IMG/VR virus record: IMGVR_UViG_3300002301_000012
Location: 1-64,000 of that record
Length of the DNA: 64,000 bases
DNA from: a virus
Direction: 5' to 3' (one strand)
Part shown: piece by piece, positions 1 through 9,461 of the stretch
How positions within the stretch are numbered: position 1 is the first letter of the stretch
Layout: each line of letters starts with the position of its first letter
Notes under the pieces: model-generated
What the model saw: only the letters and a program-made list of their open reading frames with translations
The model's database searches: none
What the model was told of the DNA's origin: nothing
Position numbers and translations under genes: made by a program

Positions 1-156
1 CTCGGCGGTGGACTCGGCGGTGGACTCGGCGGTGGACTCGGCGGTGTACTCGGCGGTGTACTCGGCGGTGGACTCGGCGGTGTACTCGGCGGTGTACTCG
101 GCGGTGGACTCGGCGGTGTGCTCGGCGGTGTGCTCGGCGGTGGACTCGGCGGTGTG
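1..156 (+). repeat. 12-bp tandem repeat CTCGGCGGTG(GA/TA/TG), 13 units visible
   Basis: Read directly from the sequence. It encodes SAV-D/Y/C tetrapeptides. Confidence 0.97.
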
Positions 157-901
157 CTCTAACTTAAAGCCATTCTGGCATTACTGGTTTGGCGGCTCTG
201 TGTGGTGCGCATGGCGAGCTTTTTATAGCTTTTTCGCCGAGGTGTGCGGTCTTGAACTTGCGGGCGATCTGAATGCACGTCTGGACGCCTATAACCTCGC
301 GGAATCCAGTGCCGGATATTGGTGGCCGAATAAAGACTTCGTGATTGTTTCAGATCGTCCATGCCGCATTTCTCTTACAGATAATCAACTGCACGACGAA
401 ACACGAATGGCGATTGAGTATCGCGATGGATGGGGGCTATGGATGCTGCACGGTGTCAACGTGCCGCAATGGCTTGTCACAACGCCCGAGCGCGATCTCG
501 ATCCCGTAGCACTTACGAAGATCGACAATGCGGAGGTTCGCCGGGAATTTGTTCGCAAGGTTGGCGCCGAACGGATAGTGTCCGCGCTTTCTCCTGGAGC
601 CGTCGACAAGGCGACGTACCCAACAAAGGACGGTCGTGAGCATCCATACGAATTACACCGTCTGGCAGTCGCAGACGAGCAGTGGAGTTATTTGCGAATG
701 GTAAACCCGAGTGTCGGTCTGACGCATTTTGAAGGCGTGCCCAACGAATGCCAAACGGTGCAGGATGCGCTTAATTTCCGTAATGGGCTGCGGCCTGAAC
801 AAATTTCGGAAGATGGCGCAGAATGGTATCAGCAAGGCGACGTATTGATGTTCCCGCGCGGGGCTGAGAAGTTGCAGCCCTTTCCTGCGATTTTGACGTA
901 A
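1..901 (+). CDS. DUF6745-like protein with N-terminal (D/Y/C)SAV repeats; 5' end lies outside the window
   Basis: The open frame runs from the window edge. Motifs SDRPCRI..LHDETRMAIEYRDGWGLWMLHGV and KIDNAEVRREFVRKVG, plus C-terminal YLRMVNPS..HFEGVP, are typical of this family. Confidence 0.7.
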   Translation, partial: SAVDSAVDSAVDSAVYSAVYSAVDSAVYSAVYSAVDSAVCSAVCSAVDSAVCSNLKPFWHYWFGGSVWCAWRAFYSFFAEVCGLELAGDLNARLDAYNLAESSAGYWWPNKDFVIVSDRPCRISLTDNQLHDETRMAIEYRDGWGLWMLHGVNVPQWLVTTPERDLDPVALTKIDNAEVRREFVRKVGAERIVSALSPGAVDKATYPTKDGREHPYELHRLAVADEQWSYLRMVNPSVGLTHFEGVPNECQTVQDALNFRNGLRPEQISEDGAEWYQQGDVLMFPRGAEKLQPFPAILT

Positions 902-915
902 AGTAAAAGGAGAGA

Positions 916-1185
916 ATGATGAAAAAAAGACTGAATAAGTTGAATCACGTTACCCTCGCTGAGGGAGAAGTGACAGGCCATTCGCACCAAGCGGTGGGTG
1001 GCACTCTGTATGTGGAGTCGGGTGGAACACTGGTATTGGAGCGCGGCGAAGATACCGAAATCCAGCATGAGGAGCATCATGCGTTCATGTTGCCGCCTTC
1101 CCCTGCAACGGACGATCTGTTCGACGTGCGTAAGGTGCAGGAATTCGATCACGCCGCTGAATCCGCCCGCAACGTTGCAGACTAA
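916..1185 (+). CDS. Small His-rich protein, usual partner of DUF6745 genes
   Basis: LAEGEVTGHSH and QHEEHH motifs; AGGAG RBS; directly downstream of the DUF6745-like gene. Confidence 0.65.
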   Translation: MMKKRLNKLNHVTLAEGEVTGHSHQAVGGTLYVESGGTLVLERGEDTEIQHEEHHAFMLPPSPATDDLFDVRKVQEFDHAAESARNVAD

Positions 1186-1186
1186 C

Positions 1187-1330
1187 ATGGCCACAGTCAA
1201 CGCACAGATACCGGAAACGCTTAAAACGGCTTTGGTCGCCCGGGCGAAGCAGTTAGAGGTTCCCGTATCGCAGATCATCCGCGCTGCACTCACGGAACAT
1301 CTTGGCGTCCAGCGCAAGGGGACGAAATGA
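1187..1330 (+). CDS. Ribbon-helix-helix DNA-binding protein
   Basis: MATVNAQIPETLKTALVARAKQLEVPVSQIIRAALTEHL is a CopG/RHH pattern; ATG at 1187. Confidence 0.7.
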   Translation: MATVNAQIPETLKTALVARAKQLEVPVSQIIRAALTEHLGVQRKGTK

Positions 1331-1514
1331 TAACGCATTGGATCTGTCAGGAATGCGGTACGGCGATATTCCCAAACACGCCACCAGTTGGAAGGCGATT
1401 CGTCATCTTCGCTGTCGGGTTCTTTTTCATCTCCAGGACTTTATTTCGGAAGCAAAATCGCGGATCGCGGAAGAATTCAGTTCTGATGGGCCTGGCGTTT
1501 GGGGTGATAGGGGT

Positions 1515-1832
1515 ATGAGCGATATCCTTTCGATCCTGCATAATCATATTGTGCAGCTAATCGGCAGCGGCGGCTTGGTTCTCTTGTTCGTGAGCGCCTA
1601 TATCCAGCACATGCCGGATGCGCTTCCGGCAAGCTGGGGCGCACTGCCTCAGTGGTTGTGGGGCTGGAACTGCGCGGCGTTGAAGGCGTTCATGAACGCG
1701 CGCGCCGGAGCTACCGTAACCCATTTAGATACGAGCGTAACGCCGCTATCGTCCCGAACGATTAGCGACAGCGCTTCAGTACCGGCTGAACCGGCAAACC
1801 CTACGATAGCGGCAACCCCGCAGGAGAAATAA
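1515..1832 (+). CDS. Membrane protein, possible holin
   Basis: ATGA overlap with the 1327-1518 ORF; hydrophobic segment IVQLIGSGGLVLLFVSAYI; lies in the same operon as the endolysin. Confidence 0.35.
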   Translation: MSDILSILHNHIVQLIGSGGLVLLFVSAYIQHMPDALPASWGALPQWLWGWNCAALKAFMNARAGATVTHLDTSVTPLSSRTISDSASVPAEPANPTIAATPQEK

Positions 1833-2160
1833 CACGAGCTTCTGGACCCCATGGCACGATGGATGCGGAATCAAATGCAGTGCAACGTGCTGAGTTTTAC
1901 CCTTTTCGCTCCACTTCAAAGACCCAAAGGGCGACTTTTTCGGAGATGGGTTTCAAGACGAAACTCACTCAAAAACCTTGCGGCAACCCCGCAGAAATGA
2001 GAACAGAAATGAACCAAACAGAAGAGTTCCTGATTCAGATGGCGCTTACCTACGTTTCGATGAAGCTGGCGGCCTCCGGTATTTCACCGCAGACAAAGGC
2101 CGACGGATTGAACTTCATCGCTGCCGGCCAGGTGTTCATGGCAGACCTCCAGAAATCCGC

Positions 2161-2742
2161 ATGAAACCGTTTCTTCTCATCGTCACCACGGCACTGAGCC
2201 TTTCCGCTCAAACGCTTCATGTCACAGCCGACATCCTCCAGCCGGCCACCACGGCGGCGATGTTTGGGAAACTCCCGAAACTCTACAGCGCGGCGAATGT
2301 CTCGGTTTGCAACCTGACTAGTAACCCGCAGACTGTGGCGCTCGCACTGGCAGCCCAGCAGATCGCGTTACCTGGTGGAATTGTTATGCTGCCGAAAGAC
2401 GCAGCTCTATCCGTCATCGCGGCGGCGCAGGGATCGAGCAAGTGGGGGACGGCATCGCGGATCGGCGTTACGCTGGTCGGCTTGGCTGCAATCGGCACTG
2501 GGCTATCCAGCGTGAGCGCCACCGTAAAAGCTATCCTCACGGAGACGGCTATTGCGGGAGACGGCGCTATCACGCTGCTGAGTACCACCGTGCCGTCTCA
2601 TACGTACCTGGTGTTGAGCAACGAAGCGCTGCCCGATCCAATTCAACTTGTTCCGTTGGGCTGCGTGTCGGGAGTAGTGATCGTGGAATCGGCAACATCG
2701 AAGACGCGGATTGACGCATCGGTCAACCTGCCAAAGCAGTAA
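2161..2742 (+). CDS. Secreted/membrane hypothetical protein
   Basis: Signal-peptide-like N-terminus MKPFLLIVTTALSLSAQ; ATGA-coupled to the upstream ORF. Confidence 0.55.
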   Translation: MKPFLLIVTTALSLSAQTLHVTADILQPATTAAMFGKLPKLYSAANVSVCNLTSNPQTVALALAAQQIALPGGIVMLPKDAALSVIAAAQGSSKWGTASRIGVTLVGLAAIGTGLSSVSATVKAILTETAIAGDGAITLLSTTVPSHTYLVLSNEALPDPIQLVPLGCVSGVVIVESATSKTRIDASVNLPKQ

Positions 2743-2751
2743 ACTGGAGTT

Positions 2752-4270
2752 ATGAGCACCACACCCGCCATTCCGCCGCAGAAAGAATCCCTCGGCGAAA
2801 AGATCCTGCATGGAGCCGAACGGGTCGGCGAAGCGGTCGGCATCATCGCAGCGCTCGGCATCAACGAAGTATTCGATCACGGTCCAAACCAGCAGGGCGA
2901 TACCGTTATCGACCATCCGGGTAGCGTCCTGCATAAGGAGAACGAAGATGGAAAATAGCGAACGATTTCTGATTATTCCGCCCGACGCATTCGATTCAGA
3001 CTGGTTCGTGGTTGACCAACAACCGAAGAAACCTAACCAGCGCGTGGCTGCCACAATCGACGATTCCGTTCCCGGCGCGGAGTCTCTGGCGAAGCAGATC
3101 AAGTGGTCGCTCGAAGTCCACGCCGAAACTGCATGAAGATCAAGGTCACAGGGCCGGCCGCAGACGGCAGCTACCGGGCCAACCTCGTGCAGTCGGTAGA
3201 TGTCGTGCGCTGCGATGGCTACGGCAACACTCCGGCGCACGCGGTTGGCGAACTGGTTTACCTTCTGGCTGGTGCTGATGACGCCGGAAGCGCAACGGAA
3301 AACATCGACCTGGAGATCATACATGCCTGACGTTTTGGAACTATTCATCATCGCGAAATCGGCTTCCGGCGAAGTCATGGCGCAGATCCCAATTGGCGTG
3401 ATCGGCTTCGGGCCGAACAATCCTGCGGATGAAGCCGTTATCCTGCCGGAAGCTCTGCGACTTATTACTGCGAGGCTGGCGTGACAGGAGACTTGGAATC
3501 CCAAGCAGCGCAACTTCGCGCCCTTCAGCCGGGATGGGACTCGTATGGCGCTCCAAAGATAGATGAACGCGCAATTCAAAAGGCACTCAATGTATGCCGT
3601 CAAGCTCCGCAGCTTACGCCGTGCAGCGATGGCGGCGTGCAAATCGACTGGTCTGGTGCGGAGATAACATTCGGCCCTGATGGAGCGCAGGAATTCTGAT
3701 GACCATCTCCGAAACGGTAATAGCACTCATCCTCATCTGTGCTGTGTCGGCACCGGCTCAGATGTCATCGGCTAAACCGGGCGCAGTGTGCGCGGAACAT
3801 GCGTCTGGTCTGTGTGTAGTGCTGCCGCCATGCGGCAATTCTCCCGGCGAGGTCTCTTGTGCAGCGCTCCAAGCGCAGTGGAAAGCGGAGCACAGACCCT
3901 ATCGCGGTTCGATCTTTCGGAGGTTTCTGACATGGCTGAAGAACTGAGTACGCGGGAATCTCGAATCGAAGCGGCTCTGCGGGAATGCGTAGATGCCGGC
4001 GAAGCCGTATCTGAAGCGAAATCTGTGGTTGAAGCGTACTGTCAGATGGGTCGTTTGGTATCGGCCATAAAAGCCGGTCGCGCCGCTCTTGCTCCGCTAC
4101 CCAAGCACTGCGTGGGGCGCAGCATTCCAGCGGGAACGGAATCGAGCGGGTACGCGCTAGAGGACGAGCAGCAGCGCCGGGAGTTCGCAAGGCACAAATA
4201 TGTGGAACATTCGACGTATACTGGTGCTGGATGTGCCATGTGCGGTAAAACGGAATCCCTACATTCATGA
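2752..4270 (+). CDS. Run of about seven short, translationally coupled hypothetical genes
   Basis: Abutting or overlapping start/stop codons (e.g. 3133/3136, 3481/3484, 3699, 4267/4270); no recognisable domains. Confidence 0.45.
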
Positions 4271-4827
4271 CTCCATCAACTGACCTCGCCACCGCCTGCG
4301 CCGCCTTCACAAGCCAGTTCGAGGGCAAGATCCCGTACCTGTACCTCGATCCGGACGGCAATGTAACCGGCGGGTGCGGTCATCTGTTCCGAACTCCGCA
4401 GGAAGTGGCCGATATCTCCGGTTGCAGTCTCCAGGACGCAACGGAAGCCTTCGATGCGGTCAAGGTAGCGGAAGCCGGCCACGAAGCGCACTGGTACGAA
4501 ACTCTGACGGATATGCGGTTAACCGACGATCAGATAACGGCGCTGCTGGCGTCAGATCAGCAGCGGTCCATCGGCCTTTGTTCCCGAACGATTCAGACTT
4601 GGGATTCTCTGCCGCAACCGGCGCAGATCGCTCTTGCGGACATCGCGTTCAACACGGGTTCCCTAACCGGCTGGCCATCGCTTTGCATGGCTGTAGCGGC
4701 CGGCAACTGGGCTGAAGCCGCAATCCAGTGCCACCGCAAAGAGATTCCGGCTCCCGGGGGGGTGCAGTCAGAGAGAAATATCGCTACGGCTCAGTTGTTC
4801 AGTAATATTGCGGCAGTGGAAACGTAA
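4267..4827 (+). CDS. Endolysin, lysozyme-like (GH24/T4-lysozyme fold)
   Basis: FEGKIPYLYLDPDGNVTGGCGH matches the E-x8-D-x5-T catalytic pattern; ALADIAFNTG and NWAEAA motifs follow. Confidence 0.8.
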   Translation: MTPSTDLATACAAFTSQFEGKIPYLYLDPDGNVTGGCGHLFRTPQEVADISGCSLQDATEAFDAVKVAEAGHEAHWYETLTDMRLTDDQITALLASDQQRSIGLCSRTIQTWDSLPQPAQIALADIAFNTGSLTGWPSLCMAVAAGNWAEAAIQCHRKEIPAPGGVQSERNIATAQLFSNIAAVET

Positions 4828-5359
4828 TAGCCAACAACCCTAATGATTTCTGCGCTTCAATCCGAACTGGAACAGAACGTGTCCGCGTATGTGCGCCACA
4901 AATCCGACTTGACATCAGTGCAAGATTGGCTTTGGCCCTTCATGGCCGATTTGGAAGAAAGCGAAGATGAACTACTGAGGTCCGCCGCTGGACGTGTCGG
5001 AAGCCTCATATCTGAATACTCCGATGGAAATTTGAAAGAAGCAGACCTACGCAAGGAGTTGGCAGCGGCCATCCGCCCTTGATCCGATTATACAGATCCG
5101 TTCAGCCGGCGCGGAATCAGGCTACGGCTGCTTTGTTCGCGGGGCTAGTGTCGACGTGATATCGCCATCCGCGAGGTAGGCAACGCCTCCGAAAATAGCC
5201 CGTCCAATCCGATAAGCTCCTGTCCATGTAGATGCGTCGTATAGACCTGCTGAACTTCTACGCAGTGCGTGTGGCAACTACGATCAAATCGACCGCAGTG
5301 GATGCACCACGTTGGCGATTCCGGGTGTTGCATTTCATGCGATGGATGCAGATCCGCGC

Positions 5360-6001
5360 TCATGATTGCGTTGCCCCTGTAGGTTTTTGTTCGCGTCGCC
5401 ATTCTTCAAGAATCGACTCATCCAGCACAACGGCTTCGTTGTAATCGACCATGTAGACTTCGATTCCGCTGTTGGCTTCGTTAAAGGCATCGACGGCTAC
5501 CTGTAATTCGTCCAGCCCGTTCAGATCGTCAGAGTCGGCGTCTTCCCATGCCTCTTCCAGAACGCGATCAATCAGGTCTTGAATAGTTGCCTTGCGAAGC
5601 CCAATGTTTTTGGCAGACCAGACGTATTCAGGCGGCTCATCGCATCCATCGATTGCTTCTTCAACAGTCGGGTAGTACTGGTCGTTGAAAAATACCTGCG
5701 GGCCGGTGTAATCTGAAGCGGCAATCTTAACGGCTTTCGAGTACCGTGCAAACTCTTCTTTGGCCTGCCGCGCGCGCCAGTCTTTACGGTCGCACTCCTC
5801 GCACTGCTTCCGGTAGTGTGGCGCACGTTTCCCGAGGGAAACGCCGCATGTCTCGCAATGTGTTACGCCGTGGCATCGTTGCGCGAGGTGCTTGTCGTTG
5901 TGGACGGCGCGACATTCGGAGCAATACCAGATGCCAGACGGTTTTCCATCGGCGTGAAAAAGCTCAATGGCGGTAACGAGAGATTCTTCTTTGCTGCTCA
6001 T
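5360..6001 (-). CDS. Hypothetical phage protein with N-terminal Cys/His zinc-binding motifs
   Basis: CSEC, CETC and CEEC motifs; likely start at MSSKEES (6001). Confidence 0.55.
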   Translation of the reverse strand: MSSKEESLVTAIELFHADGKPSGIWYCSECRAVHNDKHLAQRCHGVTHCETCGVSLGKRAPHYRKQCEECDRKDWRARQAKEEFARYSKAVKIAASDYTGPQVFFNDQYYPTVEEAIDGCDEPPEYVWSAKNIGLRKATIQDLIDRVLEEAWEDADSDDLNGLDELQVAVDAFNEANSGIEVYMVDYNEAVVLDESILEEWRREQKPTGATQS

Positions 6002-6407
6002 GATTGCCCCTTCAGCGCGCCGATGGCTTCGAGGTCTTGATCGTGCTGAGCCGGTAACACACTCGCAGAGTATCCGCATTTGGTGCAGAGCACCGACGTG
6101 GGCTGACGCATCTCCGCTGCGATGGCGCGAAGCTCGGCGGCCCGCACTTGGAGGATTGACGCCGTAACTATATCCCTGTGCATGTTGTCTGCTTGCGCTT
6201 CCAGCACTTCCGCAACCGCTTCGATTCGTTCGGCGTGAGTCATTTGGGTTACCAGATTCGGTGCATCATGTGCCATATAGACGCAAACTCCATTTTGATG
6301 ATCTGTAGCAGCGTGTAATCGGTGTTGTACTGCATGGTCCAGTTGCCGATGGTAATGACCGTAAAAGCAATCAGCAGTCGGTAGTGTCCTAATTTGAAAT
6401 CCATCCC

Positions 6408-6596
6408 CTATTGCGCCTCCATCGCGATTGTGATAGCGCTGCGAATCCAGTCTGACACGGTTTTCTTATTTGCCTTCGCGACGGATTCAATCCGCTTGAT
6501 GTCGGCGGCGTTGAAACGGATCGGTACGATTCGGCCCTTGGCTTCACCTTTCGGGAGCTTCGGGCGTCCGATCTTTTTAGGCTTCGGCTGTGGCAT
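6408..6596 (-). CDS. Small RHH-type DNA-binding protein (transposon accessory)
   Basis: GRPKLPKGEAKGRIVPIRF...VSDWIRS pattern; overlaps the upstream gene. Confidence 0.65.
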   Translation of the reverse strand: MPQPKPKKIGRPKLPKGEAKGRIVPIRFNAADIKRIESVAKANKKTVSDWIRSAITIAMEAQ

Positions 6597-6888
6597 TGGC
6601 TCTGAACTCCTGTATGATGGCGGCGCGAACCGCTAGAACGGGCGACGTGATTTGGTCCATGTGCAGGACCGTTACATGGCGCTTGGGATTGGATGGATCA
6701 TCCGTTTCGTGTGACCAGGCATAGAGGCGTTGCGCTGCCGGGTGTTCAATTAAATCGAAAACCTCCACAACGCCCTGCCAGACCGTCTTGCCTTGAAAGG
6801 TTTCTTTCACCGGAACGCTGGCAACGTGCGACGATTCGACGCCGTGAAGCCGTCGTATCACGTCGCGCAATTCGTCGATGCCGCTCAT
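6577..6888 (-). CDS. Hypothetical protein co-transcribed with the transposase
   Basis: ATGA-coupled to the transposase stop; lies inside the inverted repeats. Confidence 0.65.
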   Translation of the reverse strand: MSGIDELRDVIRRLHGVESSHVASVPVKETFQGKTVWQGVVEVFDLIEHPAAQRLYAWSHETDDPSNPKRHVTVLHMDQITSPVLAVRAAIIQEFRANATAEA

Positions 6889-7715
6889 GCTGCGGCCTCC
6901 AGTAGTTCGCCAACACTCCAGAACGACTTCTCAACGCCAGCAGCCATTGCAGGAGTGCAGCGTAGTGTGTTGTGACGCCGCACGAAATTGTAATAGGCGA
7001 AGTGCAGCCCTACAGCCGCCTCAAAGTTCTCGCGCTTTTTGCTGAAGGCGTGCGTCAGACGGGCCAGCCGCTTCATGTGCAACCGCGTGGTGGCGTTCAA
7101 CCGCTCAACGTAGCTGGTAGAGATCAGATCAAAGTCGGGCCGTCCAAATATAACCTTCTTCTCACTGGCGGTAATCTTCGGTGCGCTGTAGCGGCGCTGG
7201 GATTCGACGGAAGTCTCCGTCCCGTAGCTCTTGATGATTTGACCGTAGTCAACGTCTCCGTCGAAAGCCAGCGCCATGGCGTCCACATAAGCCTTGAGAC
7301 CATCGGTTGAAATCTGAACCCGATTCTTCATGCGGTCGGCAACGTCCATCACAAAGGCCGTCGTGGTCTTCACGTCCCTGTCGCCAGCAACCTTGAATGT
7401 CGGGACCAGTTTGGTATCGGCATCAATCGCGCAATAGGTCCACACGTTGCCCAATGTTGGATCGTCACCCGGTTTCAGGTGGCGTTCTTTCTTGCCGACG
7501 TAGCCCCAGATTTCGTCCATCTCCAGGCGATGGCAATCCAGGTTCCGCATCTTCTCGTCCATCAGGACCGTGCATTTTTGGCCCACGCGCACGCCAAGTC
7601 GCATGATCGTATCGCGGTGAACACCCGTAACCCGCTCGATTGAACGGATACTAGAACCTTCACACAAAGAACTGATGATCGCGATTTGCTTATCGGTCGG
7701 AAGTACGTTTGCCAT
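6885..7715 (-). CDS. IS1-family DDE transposase (276 aa)
   Basis: N-terminal HTH (EGSSIRSIERVTGVHRDTI); catalytic motifs EMDEIWGYVGKK, ISTDGLKAY and TSYVERLNATTR...HAFSKK; start taken at MANVL (7715). Confidence 0.88.
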   Translation of the reverse strand: MANVLPTDKQIAIISSLCEGSSIRSIERVTGVHRDTIMRLGVRVGQKCTVLMDEKMRNLDCHRLEMDEIWGYVGKKERHLKPGDDPTLGNVWTYCAIDADTKLVPTFKVAGDRDVKTTTAFVMDVADRMKNRVQISTDGLKAYVDAMALAFDGDVDYGQIIKSYGTETSVESQRRYSAPKITASEKKVIFGRPDFDLISTSYVERLNATTRLHMKRLARLTHAFSKKRENFEAAVGLHFAYYNFVRRHNTLRCTPAMAAGVEKSFWSVGELLEAAA

Positions 7716-7721
7716 GTATTT

Positions 7722-7751
7722 ATTGTAATACGGTAACGAGGGTAGCGTCAA
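7722..7751 (-). promoter_or_regulatory. Sigma70-like promoter for the transposase, probably leaderless
   Basis: TTGACG-N18-TACAAT, then 6 nt to the ATG. Confidence 0.6.
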
Positions 7752-7796
7752 GAGTTTTTGTGATACGATATAGTTCTCAAATGGAAGAATGCCGAC

Positions 7797-8561
7797 ATGG
7801 AGAAAAATGACGCCCCCACAAATGAAGATCAAGCCACTCAAGGCATCCAGCCAACTTCCGATCCTACTGTAGGAGATTTGCAGGAGAACAATTCCAAAAA
7901 TGAAAACGATGGTGCCGACCGCGCAGAGAATACCGCCGCACCATCGGCTATGGGTTACGTATCCAGAAAATTGATGGAGTGGTGGGAAATCTTTAAAAGC
8001 CCGGACCACACGAATCACGCTATAGCTGTGGCAACTGTAATAATTGCCGTTGCCACAGTATTCACTTTCTTTGAAATGCAATGCGGCAGGAAACTCACAG
8101 AAAAGACCGCTATGCGGGATTCCCGTCCTTGGGTTTTGCCGCACACTTTCCATTTGACTGCTGAGCCGGGAACAGGGAACTCCGTTGTGCAGTTTAAACT
8201 CAATAACGGAGGGAGAACCCCAGCGATAGATACGTTCTATGTGGCTGTCCCATATCTTCTTCCAGAGCAACCGAGTTTGGCAAATTATCCTGCTAGTCCA
8301 GACGTACAAGGAGGCTCGCGGCAAGTGCTCGGACGTGGAGCCGACGAAATCGCAGAGACTGGACCAGTGCCAATCGGCATAGTCTCTGCCGAATATATGG
8401 CTGGAAGCAGGCGTCTCTTCGTCACAAGCAAAATCTACTACACTGATACCTTTGGCATCCCACACTGGACCACAATGTGTGTTTACCACATATGGGGAAC
8501 CGGCCTGGATAATTTCTCGTTCTGCGGGGCTGGCAACGACGTTGACCGGAATCCAAAATAG
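7797..8561 (+). CDS. Transposon passenger 1, membrane-anchored hypothetical protein
   Basis: 254-aa ORF with one hydrophobic helix (HAIAVATVIIAVATVFTFF); inside the inverted repeats. Confidence 0.65.
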   Translation: MEKNDAPTNEDQATQGIQPTSDPTVGDLQENNSKNENDGADRAENTAAPSAMGYVSRKLMEWWEIFKSPDHTNHAIAVATVIIAVATVFTFFEMQCGRKLTEKTAMRDSRPWVLPHTFHLTAEPGTGNSVVQFKLNNGGRTPAIDTFYVAVPYLLPEQPSLANYPASPDVQGGSRQVLGRGADEIAETGPVPIGIVSAEYMAGSRRLFVTSKIYYTDTFGIPHWTTMCVYHIWGTGLDNFSFCGAGNDVDRNPK

Positions 8562-8582
8562 TTTTAGTGATACATTTTCTGC

Positions 8583-9461
8583 ATGCGGAAAGTTATGATC
8601 GGACTGGCTCTGTTGGCATTGGTGCCATTTTTGTGGCAACCAGGATGGTGGCAATCCAAAACTTTTGGGGAAAATCATGCAGTAGGAAAACCACCAAACA
8701 GGGGCGCAACAGGCGCACAGGGCACCGGGGATAATGAGCGCGGCAGCAAGGATCGGCCTCTTGTAGTTGACCCTAAAGGCCATCAGGATACTCCAGCAGA
8801 GACCGCCCAAGCCAAAACCGAAAAACAACATGCAAGCGATGTGGAGCGAAGTACTCTCTTCTATACAGGGCTGACTGCGTGGGCTACGTTCGCTCTTTGT
8901 ATCGTCGGACTGGGTGGCATCATTGCCGCTATCTATACCCTTCGAGCCATTGAAACTCAATCCGGAATCCAGAGTCGATCTATTGAGTTGCAGGAGCGCG
9001 CGATGCAGCAATGGGTCAGTTATGGCAACTGGCGAAGCGAATATCGGCAAAGCGATGGTGGTAGACAGTTGTTGATAATTGATCTCAACGTCTGGAACGA
9101 TACCAACTTCCCGCTCACGCTCCCGGAGGCATGCATCAGATTTGAAATGGGAGGCGTCAAAGCACGATTTGAATTCCGGGAAAATAATTTTCTTCCGCCA
9201 AGACATCCTTATCCAGTCCATATGTGGTTCACGATCACCAATGAGCAGGCCACGCGCTTTATGACAGGTGGCATACCGATACGCATAATCGGCGATCTGA
9301 CCCACGTTGGTTCTCTCGGTAAACCGCAAGAACAGTCCTTCTGTGGCGTGTTGTGGTGCCACAAAACACTGACCAGATTCGAGGAAGAAACACCCAAAAA
9401 TCAAAATGAGCCTCATGCTGGTGAGACGCATTCAGACGCCCCACCAGAAACGGCAAATTAG
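8583..9461 (+). CDS. Transposon passenger 2, membrane hypothetical protein
   Basis: Signal-like N-terminus plus helix TFALCIVGLGGIIAAIYTL; its stop codon lies inside the right inverted repeat. Confidence 0.65.
   Translation: MRKVMIGLALLALVPFLWQPGWWQSKTFGENHAVGKPPNRGATGAQGTGDNERGSKDRPLVVDPKGHQDTPAETAQAKTEKQHASDVERSTLFYTGLTAWATFALCIVGLGGIIAAIYTLRAIETQSGIQSRSIELQERAMQQWVSYGNWRSEYRQSDGGRQLLIIDLNVWNDTNFPLTLPEACIRFEMGGVKARFEFRENNFLPPRHPYPVHMWFTITNEQATRFMTGGIPIRIIGDLTHVGSLGKPQEQSFCGVLWCHKTLTRFEEETPKNQNEPHAGETHSDAPPETAN

Noticed and set aside
1-156. Possible CRISPR array
   Set aside because: The 12-bp units are contiguous with no spacers and are in frame within a CDS; no cas genes are present.
2503-3726. 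407-aa minus-strand ORF
   Set aside because: It has no recognisable motif and lies opposite a tightly coupled run of plus-strand genes, so it is treated as a shadow ORF, though not excluded.
6885-9431. 848-aa ORF called as the transposase
   Set aside because: Transposase homology and a promoter start at 7715. The upstream part is antisense to two plausible genes and is kept only as a finding.
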